Source of the DNA: Takakia lepidozioides
Taxonomy: Eukaryota; Plantae; Bryophyta
Assembly: GCA_030704615.1 (NCBI GenBank)
Contig: CM060731.1
Span: 52,018,001-52,082,000 of the forward strand
Direction: 5' to 3'
Length of the DNA stretch: 64,000 nt
The notes under the pieces were generated by a model that made no database searches, had not been told where the DNA came from, and saw only the letters and a list, made by a program, of their open reading frames with translations. Below are positions 51,331 to 63,065 of the stretch, in pieces; the stretch's first letter is position 1, and every line of letters begins with the position of its first letter. The position numbers and the translations under genes are program-made.

Positions 51331-51781
51331 CTGAGCAACGTAGAGTGCGGAGTGCACTTCCCTTGACGGTCTCTCTGCCTACCGAGACGGTACAGGCAGC
51401 GAGTGGGGGCGAGCCGGTGAGGACCACGAGGTGTAGACATCCATGGCACACGTGGGAGGGTGCTCGAGGTTCAGAGGGAGTTGGCAGCGAAGGCAGCTGT
51501 GATGGATGAGGTTGGGGATTCTTCTCGGATGAGGAGGTTCTCAATGATGAGATGATGGGGCAGGATGAGGCCTTGTCATTGACTGAGCAGGAAGGGGTAC
51601 TGCTCAAGAGGTTGCAGCATAGCAACCACGGGACGCGTCCTCTACCTCTAAGCCCACTGGACTTAAGGTTGCAGTTACGGAGGACAATTGGGAGCCTGAC
51701 ATTGGACCCATTGTCACCGGAGGAGAGAGACGACGTATACGGCGGTTCCTGAGGGCTTACAGGAATTGCTTTGCCTTCAGT

Positions 51782-54510
51782 TTGAAGGACTTGGGAGCAC
51801 TGAAGGGTCAAGAGATCCGTATTGAGTTGGCCACTGACACGCCAATCTTTCGGAGACCCTATAGATACAGTGACATGGAGAGGTCTTTGATTCAGATGAG
51901 GACTCAAGATCTCTGGGAGGCAGGTTTGGTGGAGCTCTCTGGTGGAGAGTATGCTTCAGCCACAGTGATGCCAGCTAAGAAGGATGTCTATGGCAATTGG
52001 ACGGAGAGACGTATGTGCGGTGATTACCGGCCTGTAAATCGTCAGACCAAGTCCGATAGGTATGCCATGCCAACACCAGAGGAGATCTTTGATGCCATTG
52101 GGCATTCCAAGGTCTTTAGCACGTTGGATTTACGATCCGGATATCACCAGTTGCCGATCAAGGAGGCGGATAAGCAAAAACGGCATTCTGGGGGATCAAT
52201 GAGCACGGGAAGGATTGCCTATACCAGTGGCGGTTCTTACCATTTGGGCTTAAAAACGCTCCCGCTGAGTTTCAAAGAGTCATGGACAGGATTCTAGCAG
52301 GGGTGGAGTTTGCTCGGTGCTACATAGATGACATCATCATCTTTAGTGCTACGGTGGAGGAGCATGAGAGACACCCTTCAGGGGGTATTTGAGCGCTTGA
52401 GGACGCACGGATTGAAGTTACATCCGGGCAAGTGCAAGTTTTTCCACAACCAGATTGAGTATCTGGGTCACATGATATATCCTGGAGGATTGGGGGTACA
52501 GCAGACTAAGGTAGAGTCCATTGCACAGGTTCCACGCCCCACGGATGTGAGCCGAGTTCGAGCTTTCATGGGGTTAGCAAACTATTACAGACGGTTTGTT
52601 AAGGGATTTAGTGCCATTGCAAAGGCTCTAACCAAGCTGACCAAGGTGGACCAGGAGTGGCAGTGGGAAGATGAGCAAGAACAAGCTTTTCAAGAGCTCA
52701 AGGCGAGGTTGACCTCGGCGCCCATCTTGAGACGACCTATCAGGGGGCGTCCTTTTCAGCTGCATACAGATTGGAGCATGCTGGGGCTTGGAGCGGTGCT
52801 CACACAGGTGGATGATGAGGGAAGAGAGTTCGTAGTGGCTTATGCTAGCCGCTCGAAAATGCTGCAGAGTCTAAGTATAGCTCATATGAGGGAGAATGCT
52901 TAGCTGCAGTGTGGGCCGTGGCACACTTCAGGTGCTATCTATACGGCAATCTCTTCACCCTTGTCACGGATCACCAACCACTCAAGTGGTTGATGGAGTC
53001 AGACAAGCTTACGGGGAAGCTTGCACGGTGGGCACTCATCCTTCAAGAGTATGACTTTCAGGTGGTGCATCGACCGGGTTTGGTCAATCGAAATGCAGAT
53101 GGGTTGAGTCGCAATCCATGCACGAGCCAGCAGGATGACACTGGAGCTCGGTGGCATGGTGAGACGGACGAGGAGATGGTGCCCGATGGCATGCATCTGC
53201 ATTTCTGTGTATCTTGGCAGCGGAAGGCCAGGTTGGACCTACAACAGGGATGACTGTAGATCAAGTGTCTGAGGACCCTGAGGCCAGCAATGAGCAGGGT
53301 GGCGCCAAAGATATACATGAGGATTCAGTTGTGTTGGACTACCTCCCCAGTGGAGACACGGCAGCCACTGTGACTGCCAAGGAGAGGGATCGGATCCTAC
53401 AACGAGCCAAGAGGTTCAGGTGGGAGGGGACACACCTGCTCCGAGTGTGGGAGGATGGTCGAGTGAGGATTGTGCCTCACCCAACACAGCGGGCACGGTT
53501 AGTGCGGCATGCCCATGAGGAGTTGGGGCATTTTGGGGTGCGACGCACTCATAGTCTACTGCAGGGGCAGTATTGGTGGCGTGGTATGCACACAGAGGTG
53601 CAACAATTTGTGGCTAGGTGCATGGTGTGTGACAGGGTGCGTGCTTCATTCAACGCCCCTACTCCACAATTGCACCCTCTTCCGATCATGGGATTGGGCT
53701 ACAGGTGGAGTCTTGACTTCGCAGGGCCGTTGCCACTGACCATGCGCCACAACAAGTACGTGTTGGTGATGGGGCACTTCTCCAAGTGGATTGAATTGGT
53801 TCCATTGCCTGATAAGGCTAGTGAGGGAGCTGCGTATGCATTCCTGGATTGTGTGCTTAGCCGATTCGGTGCTCCAGCTGAGGTACTCACGGACCAAGGG
53901 AGAGAGTTCTTGGGGGAGTTTCAGGCTTTGTGTGACAAGGCCTTGATAGACCACCGCACCACTTCTCGGGATCATCCTGAAGCCGATGGCTTGGCAGAGA
54001 GAGTTGTTCAGACAGTAAAGAGGGGTTTGCGCAAGTATGGCTTGCAGAAGGGACACCTAGGAGATTGGGACCTTCAGTTACCCTGGTTAGCCATGGGCTA
54101 CAGGTTCAGCAAGCAAGCATCACTTGCCTCCTTCTCACCATACTTTCTTCTCTTTTTGGCCGAGAGCCGGATTTGCCTACATCCATTCGCAGAAAGCTGC
54201 TACAGTTCTTAACCTTGACGATCCGGACGTGTGGGCACGTGCATGTGAGCAGCGTGCAGAGTTGTTCAAGAGAGTCATGCCCATGGCTTTCGAGAACCTT
54301 GCCATTGCACAACACCGTGATACGTTGAGGTATGCTACCATACGTGGTGGGGGCTATCGTCCTGGGGTTCGGAGATTCAACCCTGGTGACTATGTCTATC
54401 TGCAGCAGACTGCTCCTACGACCCTGGATGTGACTGCAGGACGTGTTATTTTGAGGGTTCGAGAGGTCTTGCCCTCAGGCGTCTTGGTCTTGGAGGGTCG
54501 GATGGCATAA
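51782..54510 (+). CDS. pol: G2 pol: reverse transcriptase, RNase H, DDE integrase (frameshifted)
   Basis: RMCGDYRPVN, LDLRSGYHQ, YIDD at ~52321, LHTDWS, TDHQPLKWL, HEELGH...CMVC, WSLDFAGP, LTDQGREF, GLAERVV. Confidence 0.95.
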
Positions 54511-54599
54511 CTTGGAAGGACCATGTGCGTAATTGTGCGCCATGTCACCTTCCGAATGTCGATGGCAGGATTGACCCAAACCTGGCAGTGGTATCTGCA

Positions 54600-54748
54600 G
54601 GTTTGAGGTGCATGTTGTGTGGGTCTGCTAAAGGGGCAGCCACCATGCTGGTGTGTGATCGATGCTCTAGAGGTTGGCATATGGGTGCTTGACTCCACCT
54701 CTTGAGATGGTTCCGATGGGGATTGGTTATGTCCACAATGCATTGGAT
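54600..54748 (+). CDS. PHD finger at the G2 integrase C-terminus
   Basis: Manual translation gives CMLC...MLVCDRCSRGWHMG[fs]LTPPLEMVPMGDWLCPQC (C4HC3 pattern). Confidence 0.85.
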
Positions 54749-54994
54749 AGTGGGAGTGGATACAACCATGGAGGCTAACAAGAACGCAAGGCCCAGCTAC
54801 TAGGAGACCTTGAACACACGAGGTCCTGGCTCAAGTTCACAGATTGCAAGATGGCGACTAACGATGGGGCTACTCTTGTACCCGGCCTCTTGGTCTATAG
54901 AGTTTGAGTACAATAGGGACAGTGATAGAGGACTTAGTACGGCTGTGGCTATTACATCTTGTAGCTATCTGGAGGTAGAGGGACCTATCCACCA

Positions 54995-55007
54995 GCTAGG
55001 GGGGCGA
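54995..55007 (+). promoter_or_regulatory. G2 polypurine tract (GCTAGGGGGGCGA)
   Basis: Directly precedes the complete 3' LTR starting TGTGGC. Confidence 0.75.
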
Positions 55008-55530
55008 TTGTGGCAGACTACTTTATTGTGCATATATGTATGGTGTGGTTTGGACAGCGATGTAGTTGTGTAGCGATATGTATGCGCACGACAGCTGTCA
55101 AGTTAAATAAGCACAGTGTGAAAACAGCTAGAATAAAACTAGTTATTTGTATTTAACACTTGGATTTAGGTCAAGTGTTAAATCAGGTGTCAAGTTTAGT
55201 TTGACACCTGGTCCGTCTTATCTTCACGAGAGCGGCAGTCGCGCGGCTCATCTTTCTCGAGTTGAGCCTGCGCGACCGAGCTCCTGCATGTGTTTAGATT
55301 TGAGTGTGCTTATGTAGGGGTACAGGTTGTTGTGGGGTGGAGTCCCCATAGCTTGGGGTGCCCCTGGCTCGACTACTATTTTTCTAAGAGTGATGGTTTG
55401 GTTTTCATGTTTTGTGTCACAGTGTGTTCGTTGGATTTCTATCATTGTGGCAGACTACTTTATTGTGCATATATGTATGGTGTGGTTTGGACAGCGATGT
55501 AGTTGTGTAGCGATATGTATGCGCACGACA
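55008..55530 (+). repeat. G2 right end: B1 (55008-55093) - GC - A2 (55096-55444) - B2 (55445-55530)
   Basis: B1 and B2 are identical 86-bp segments; A2 matches A1. Confidence 0.95.
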
Positions 55531-55534
55531 ACCG

Positions 55535-56057
55535 AGATAAGCATGCTGGAGGAGGGAGGGTTTTGTCTTGCACGATCCCGAGTGGTGCCCTTGTGCACTG
55601 TCGGCACAGATGTGCCACAAGCTCCGGCAATGCCTCCACCCGGTGCCGACTCCCACCCAACAAAAAGAGATGGAAAAACAGTGCGCCGTGTCGCTTCGGG
55701 TGCAGATCACGAATGCAAGATGGAATCGGCTAGAATTTTGCAGGCTCGGGTGGCTCGTATCACCGAAGTCCCTGCCCCGGGTATGGACGGATTTACACAG
55801 TGCTGTCTATTGGCTCAGTTCTTCATGGCAAAGAATATCAGGTTACCGTGGGGAATTTCCCTACTTGCACTTGTCCGGATTTTGTAACGATGCGTGAGGG
55901 CGCTCTCGGCATGAGGGAAGTGGGTCCCCTGCAAGCATCAATATTACATATACCTTGTAATTATGTGTTGCGACGGTAAGAGAGACCAATTCATTCACCA
56001 AGCCACACTAGGCTACGGAGAAGTCATCACCCTTCTGCAGCGGGACACCTCACGTAG
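55535..56057 (+). CDS. Element B transposase 3' part with SWIM finger
   Basis: EYQVTVGNFPTCTCPDF...KWVPCKHQYYIYL...FIHQATL, homologous to the A C-terminus. Confidence 0.88.
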
Positions 56058-56722
56058 GGCTCCGCCAAATACTCTTTGAACACATACGAGCCATGCCCAC
56101 TTCCCATACTGGTTTCAAGGTTACCGTGTGAAGACTTTGCATTTAGGACAAACACATACATTTCGTTCACGGAACCAGGGCAAATGCACATGCCATTCAT
56201 TGTAAGCGTCTATCTGTGAATTGAAATAGAGTGTGTCAATCATTATGAGCTCTATTCTGCCATATTTTCATATTACTCTTTTTGTGCAGGCATTGTAGAC
56301 ATGGTGCATGGTGGCCCCCTTTGTTTTGTCCACGGTAATAGGCCCTCTTCTTGCAATCCTCGCCTATAGGACCTGCTTCTCCAGCAAATTTGTGCCGCTC
56401 ACGCTTCCTTGAAGCGTGAGCTCAGCTCATGCTTTGCAGCTACAACGTGAGCTCAGCTCCCAGGCTCACGGGGCTGGGCTCACGCCGTAGCTACGCTGCT
56501 CTGGAGAAGGCTGCTTATGCATGTCATTCTCAGGCAATGGTTGCATTTGTTTTCATTGTTGTTGCGTGGCTCTCCATACTTCCTAAACTTGTTATGTGTT
56601 CATTTTTGTTACACGATTGGTGCTATGGTGGTTGTGCTGCTCGTTGCGATGCTGGTTTTTGCACCGATGTTGGTTTTCACGATTTTTGGGAATGACAGAG
56701 TGACGACGAGCCCGGCACGCTG

Positions 56723-58811
56723 GTGGTATCATCGACAGCTCCAACTCATCGCATGTTTGAATCGCCCAACTTGGGGCGAGAGGGCAAACTTAAACCTTTT
56801 GTTGGTGGACGGGAGGACTTGCAACGAGAGTACGACAGAATAGGCATTGGGGAGGTTGGTGCAGGCGGCATGGCGGGTGAAGGGCGTGAGGACATGAGGA
56901 TAGCCGATCCGGCAATGGAGGTTGTTCATGCACATGCAGTAGGGCCCGCCCATGCAAAGAAAAAGAAGAAAGCTAAGCACATGCAATCCCCGCGAGAGAG
57001 CCGTCACGGCTGCGGAGGGGGAGTGAGCAGTGCGCGCGAGGGTGTCAGTTCGCCTCAATCAAAGGTGGTCGTCCTGGAGGGCTCCCCTGCTGCTAGCCCT
57101 AGTAAGAAATAGAAAGCCCGTGAGAGGGCAAAAGAGAGGCAAAAGAATAGACGAGACAGAATGCTAGCCAGGAGGAAAGAGAAAAGGCCACTGAAGAGGC
57201 CAGGGTGCCCAAATGACAGATGCCAATGTAAGCGAGGGACGCACAGAGACGGTGGATCCCTCCAAGACACCACAGAGAGGCAGTAACACACCGGTTAGAC
57301 CATCGCGGGCAAGAGCAGCCCCTGCAATTACCCATACGGTGGAGAGTGGAGGAGAGGAAAGAACACCAGAAAGAGCACGGATTGTGCAAGTTCGAGGTGA
57401 AGCCAGGGAGAGGGCAGTAGAGACGGGGAGAGTGCTGGAGGTGGTTTCGCAGGTGGCTGACCCTGTTGAGGAGGACAACAGGAGCTTTCTGACCAGGATG
57501 ACATCCTCCCGGACATCCCCAGGCCCCAAACCCGAGCATACAGGCTGGATTTGGCGGTCCTGGTGGGCTGCCGGAAAACCCCTCTGCAGCAGACGTCATG
57601 TCTGAGGCGGATATGAAGTTGGCCGCTGCCAAGATGTTGGAGGCAACCCATAGCAACATTGGCAGGGTGCTGGGGGGCATGGTGTACCCGGCCAAGCTTC
57701 AAATTCCCCTTTGCCGCTTGGTGTCATTGCAGGTGGTGAGACCTGCCCTCCCAGGCGATATCGACAAGCTGAAATTCTCTTTCCGGGATGGATATCGAAT
57801 GGGGTCTGCCGCGTTTTACGTTTCCATTGAGAACGACCACGGAGCTTCCCGTGCCCACACTTCCGATGAGGTGGACAAATGGGGTCCCCATTGGCAAACG
57901 CGAAATGAGGAGTTCGAGAGATCGATTGCTAGTGATCCTCTTTTCCAGCACTTGTCCGGTACGATGTTCTACGTGTGGGACGACAATCATCGCCTCCTGG
58001 CATGGATGGAGCACATTGCCCAAGCCCACCCCAACGACCTCGATTGGCATTTCGCCGTGGATTGTGTTGTGCTGAAGGTTGCGGGGCCCAAAGATCGTAG
58101 TCTTCTCAAAGCTGCAATGACCGACATCAACTCGTAAGCTACAACGCCTTTCGCTTTTGGACTTTGAATTTGGAAGTCATTTCATTGCGAATCCTCATAT
58201 ATGATGGAAATTCCCATTTCAGTATTGTTTCATGGAAATGTGGCATTGCAGGGTGACTGAGAATCCTTCATTGCCACCAACTTGTCCCATATGCTCTTCC
58301 GAGTGAAGGATGTCAGGAAGCAGGGGGTGCAAGAGTTTGCCAATTCCCTCAGTGCCGACCTCTTGTGCAAGTCGGAGGCAAAGGCAGACAGAACCTGGTA
58401 TAGGCTGAGCGTCGACGCCATGGTGGACTACATATTTCGGGTAAAGCTCCTGACAGTTTTGTTGAGCTAATCTGTCTCTCCTCCCCCAATAGAAGAAAAG
58501 GTCTTCCCCGTGATTTCTAATCTCCTCCCCCAATATAAGAAATTGTGTTGAGCAGGATCTCTAATCTTATGTGCGCATTCTTGACAGACGAAAATACAGC
58601 AGGATTTGGCATATGCGCGGAGGTTCTACATGGAGTCAGAGGAGAAGAATCCAACCCTCCCGGAACTCGAATCGTATGTCAAAGCTGCGGAGGTGAGGGC
58701 CCGCATAAAGTACAAGTCGTGGATGGTAAAGTACGTGGCCATAGCTGATCCCGCCCTTGGTGCCGACTTTCTGGTGAAGGTGCGGAAGCACTACTCTCGC
58801 GCTCTGAAGCC
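56723..58811 (+). pseudogene. Element A ParB/Srx-like multi-exon gene, truncated before the expected MTase domain
   Basis: LQIPLCRLVSLQVVRP, GSAAFYV, MFYVWDDNHRLLAWM, TNLSHMLFRV, TWYRLS, IADPALGADFL. Introns after 58133 and 58440 match B in position and phase. Confidence 0.85.
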
Positions 58812-60650
58812 GAGATCCTGCTCAACACAATTTCTTCTATTGGGGGAGGAGATTAGAAATCACGGCGAAGACCTTTTCTTCTATTGGGGAGGAAAGACAG
58901 ATTAGCTCAACAAAACTGTCAGGAGCTTTACCCGAAATATGTAGTCCACCATGGCGTCGACGCTCAGCCTATACCAGGTTCTTTCTGCCTTTGCCTCCGA
59001 CTTGCACAGGAGGTCGGCACTGAGGGAATTGGCAAACTCTTGCACCCCCTGCTTCCTGACATCCTTCACTCGGAAGAGCATATGGGACAAGTTGGTGGCA
59101 ATGAAGGCATTCTCAGTCACCCTGCAATGCCACATTTCCATGAAACAATACTGAAATGGGAATTTCCATCATATATGAGGATTCGCAATGAAATGACTTC
59201 CAAATTCAAAGTCCAAAAGCGAGAGGCGTTGTAGCTTACGAGTTGATGTCGGTCATTGCAGCTTTGAGAAGACTGCGATCTTTGGGCCCCGCAACCTTCA
59301 GCACAACACAATCCACGGCGAAATGCCAATCGAGGTCGTTGGGGTGGCTTGGGCAATGTGCTCCATCCATGCCAGGAGGCGATGATTGTCGTCCCACACG
59401 TAGAACATCGTACCGGACAAGTGCTGGAAAAGAGGATCACTAGCAATCGATCTCTCGAACTCCTCATTTCGCGTTTACCAATGGGGACCCCATTTGTCCA
59501 CCTCATCGGAAGTGTGGGCACGGGAAGCTCCGTGTCGTTCTCAATGGAAACGTAAAACGCGGCAGACCCCATTCGATATCCATCCCTCGGAAAGAGAATT
59601 TCAGCTTGTCGATATCGCCTGGGAGGGCAGGTCTCACCACCTGCAATGACACCAAGCGGCAAAGGGGAATTTGAAGCTTGGCCGGGTACACCATGCCCCC
59701 AGCACCCTGCCAATGTTGCTATGGGTTGCCTCCAACATCTTGGCAGCGGCCAACTTCATATCCGCCTCAGACATGACGTCTGCTGCAGAGGGGTTTTCCG
59801 CAGCCCACCAGGACCGCCAAATCCAGCCTGTATGCTCCGGGTTTGGGCCTGGGGATGTCCGGGAGGATGTCATCCTGGTCAGAAAGCTCCTGTTGTCCTC
59901 CTCAACAGGGTCAGCCACCTGCGAAACCACCTCCAGCACTCTCCCCGTCTCTACTGCCCTCTCCCTGGCTTCACCTCGAACTTGCACAATCCGTGCTCTT
60001 TTGGTGTTATTTCCTCTCCACCACTCTCCACCGTATGGGTAATTGCAGGGGCTGCTCTTGCCCGCGATGGTCTAACCGGTGTGTTACTGCCTCTCTGTGG
60101 TGTCTTGAGGGATCCACCGTCTCTGTGCGTCCCTCGCTTACATTGGCATCTGTCATTTGGGCACCCTGGCCTCTTCAGCTGCCTTTTCTCTTTCCTCCTG
60201 GCTAGCGTTCTGTCTCGTCTGTTCTTTTGCCCTCTCTTTTGCCCTCTCACGGGCTTTCTGTTTCTTACTAGGGCTACTAGCAGGGGAGCCCTCCAGGACG
60301 ACCACCTTTGATTGAGGCGAACTGACACCCTCGCGCGCACTGCTCACTCCCCCCTCCGCAGCCCGTGACGGCTCTCTCGCCGGGGATTGCATGTGCTTAG
60401 CTTTCTTCTTTTTCTTTGCGTGGGCGGGCCCTACTGCATGTGCATGAACAACCTCCATTGCCGGATCTGCTATCCTCATGTCCTCACGCCCTTCACCTGC
60501 CATGCCGCCTGCACCAACCTCCCCAATGCCTATTCTGTCGTACTCTCGTTGCAAGTCCTCCCGTCCACCAACAAAAGGTTTAAGTTTGCCCTCTCGCCCC
60601 AAGTTGGGCGATTCAAACATGCGATGAGTTGGAGCTGTCGATGATACCAC
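58812..60650 (-). pseudogene. A copy 2 ParB/Srx-like gene, truncated
   Basis: Mirror of 56723-58561 (ORFs 60153-60650, 59634-59987, 59503-59694, 58902-59141). Confidence 0.85.
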
Positions 60651-61399
60651 CAGCGTGCCGGGCTCGTCGTCACTCTGTCATTGACAAAAATCGTGAAAAC
60701 CAACATCGGTGCAAAAACCAGCATCGCAACGAGCAGCGCAACCACCATAGCAACAATCGTGTAGCAAAAATGAAAACATAACAAGTTTAGGAAGTATGGA
60801 GAGCCATGCAACAACAATGAAAACAAATGCAACCATTGCCTGAGAATGACATGCACAAGCAGCCTTCTCCAGAGCTGCCGGATTTGCACACGCATTGCAA
60901 ACAATCTAAGGTTCACTCAACTATCTAAAGTTCATCCAGCGAAGCCAGGATGAAGATGCAAAAAAAAAAAGCGAGGTAACAAAGCGAAAGCAAAAAAGAA
61001 ATCGAACAAACCGAAAGCAGAAGTGGCTTGCCTGAGAGTACTCGGCTTCAGTTGGCGCGGGTTGTGAGCAAGACACTCGAATCTCCTGCTGGAGCTTCAG
61101 TTTGGCCATGCGAGAGATTGGCCGACGTCCGTAGTACAGAGCTTTCAACTTCCGCCGCGGTCTGGATGAGGTCTCTCTCAGGAGAGCCACGCCCTTCAGG
61201 CGGCATAAGTCCCAGCCAAAAAGATCTCCGTTTTTGGGGTACATGCCTCGAATAGTATGTTAAGCCAAGATTAGCATGAGATTTAGGGTACGTATCCAGA
61301 AGCCATGTGTCGCCAGCCCGAATGAGAACCGACGGCGGTGGACATTTATTGCCCAACTGCGCAATTAAAAATGAAGCCCTCCATGTCGGATGAAAATCG

Positions 61400-63065
61400 A
61401 CGTAAAGAGGCCCGGAATTTCCAACGTAGACGTAATTCGGAGCGCTGCACAATGGAATTCCGGCGCCGGATTTCCATCCTGCAGGTAATTCAGAGCGCAG
61501 CAGGATGGAAATTCAGCGCCGAATTTCCATCCTAGGGCGGCGCTGGAAATTTCCCTCACGCAGGTAATTCAGAAGCGGATGGATGGAAATCCGGCGCGGA
61601 TTTCCATCTGCGCAGGTAGGGCGGCGCTAGAAATTTCCCTCACGCAAGGAAGCGGATGGATGGAAATCCGGCGCCGGATTTCCATCCGCGGAGGTAGGGC
61701 GGCGCTGGAAATTTCCCTCACGCAAGTAATTATGGATGGAAATCCGGCGCGGATTTCCATGCGCAATGGAAATCCGGCGCCGAATTTCCATCCAGCAGGT
61801 AAGTCGGATCGCTGGCGATGGATATCGGCGCCGAATTTCCATTCACAGGTATTTCATCGCTCAGAATTACCTTCCTGCAGGTAATTCTGATCGATGGATT
61901 ACCTTCGTGCAGTTTATTCTGAGCGAATTACCTTCCCTTCATCGAGCAGAATACCTGCAGGAAGGAATTCTCAGATTACCTGGAGGAAGGTAATTCTGAG
62001 CGATGAAATACCTGGTGAATGGAAATTCGGCGCCGAATATCCATACGCCAGCGATCCGACTTACCTGCTGGATGGAAATTCGGCGCCCGATCCATCCATC
62101 GAATTCCTGCAGGATGGAAATTCGGCGCCGGATTTCCATCCATCTGTGCTGGATGGAAATTCGGCGCCGAATTTCCATCCGTGATTCGAATTACCTGCAG
62201 GATGGAAATTTCGATCCATCTTAATGGAAATCGGCCGAATTCCATCCATGGATTCCACTTACCTGCTGGATGGAAATCGCCGAATTTCCATTCATGATTC
62301 GAATTACCTGCAGGATGGAAATTCGGCGCCGGATTTCCATCCATTTCGCTGGATGGAAACGGCGCCGGATTCGATCCATCCGGGATTGCACTTACCTGCT
62401 GGATGGAAATTCGGCGCCGAATTCCATCCGGGGGATGGTCTCTGTCAGAGAGGTGCCGGCCTCTCCGCCGCTCTGTTGGATATTCGGTGCCGAATTTCCG
62501 TCCGGGGGTTGAAATATGACGGCCAGGTGCCGACCTCTCCCCCCCCCCGACTGCATTGGAACGGCCCCGGATTGAAATTCGGCGCCGTTTTCCCATCTGG
62601 GGAGGTTTTTATGTCGGCCAGTTTTCGGTCTGACCCCCGACACGACTTCCTTTGGGGGGCCCGGATGGAAATTCGGCGCCGAATCTCCATCCAGGGGATT
62701 CTCTGTCGAACACGTGCCACCTCTACGCCCGAGGCGACTTCATCCGGGCGTCCCCTGTTCGATATTCGGTGCCGAATTTCCGTCCGGGGGTTGAAATGTG
62801 ACGGCCAAGTGCCGGCCTCTCCCCCGACTGCATCCAAACCGCCCCGGATGGAAATTCGGCGCCGTTTTTCCATCTGGGGATGTTTTTATGCCGGCCAGTT
62901 TTCGGCCTGACCCCCCGACCCGACTTCCTTTGGGGGGCCGGATGGAAATTCGGCGCCGAATCTCCATCCAGGGGATGTTCTCTGTCGCACACGCGCCGGC
63001 CTCTGCGCCCGAGGCGACTTCATCCGGGCTTCCCTGTTGGATATTTGGTGCCGAATTTCCATTTG
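61400..63065. repeat. A copy 2 palindrome array
   Basis: Same GGATGGAAATTCGGCGCCGAATTTCCATCC motif; unit number and arrangement differ from copy 1. Confidence 0.9.

Larger units (their letters stand above)
43578..55530 (+). mobile_element. Ty3/Gypsy family G2, near-complete recent copy encoding a DNMT and a PHD finger, with permuted LTR ends
   Basis: TG...CA ends and TSD ACCG (43574-43577, 55531-55534). Removing it restores the transposase frame SLSTT-EISML. Confidence 0.93.
32794..56497. mobile_element. MULE-like element B (~11.8 kb native plus 11.95 kb G2 insertion)
   Basis: Direct repeat GCTCTGGAGA at 32784-32793 and 56498-56507, present once at the empty site in A copy 2. Imperfect ends GGGG..TGCTATTCTGTGAG / (C)AGCGTAGCTACGGCGTGAG with inverted GTGAGCC subterminal repeats. 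Confidence 0.92.
25193..58811. mobile_element. MULE-like element A, copy 1 (left TIR, transposase, palindrome array, ParB-like gene), with element B nested inside; right end lost
   Basis: Starts with GAGGTTTGCTATTTCATGAG (19/20 match to the right TIR of C). Sequence either side of B is contiguous in the second copy (empty site ~60857-60880). Confidence 0.88.

Noticed and set aside
43578-55530. DIRS/PAT/Ngaro tyrosine-recombinase element suggested by the split direct repeats
   Set aside because: It encodes a protease and DDE integrase in Gypsy order and has a PPT, TG...CA ends and a TSD; no recombinase motif was recognised.
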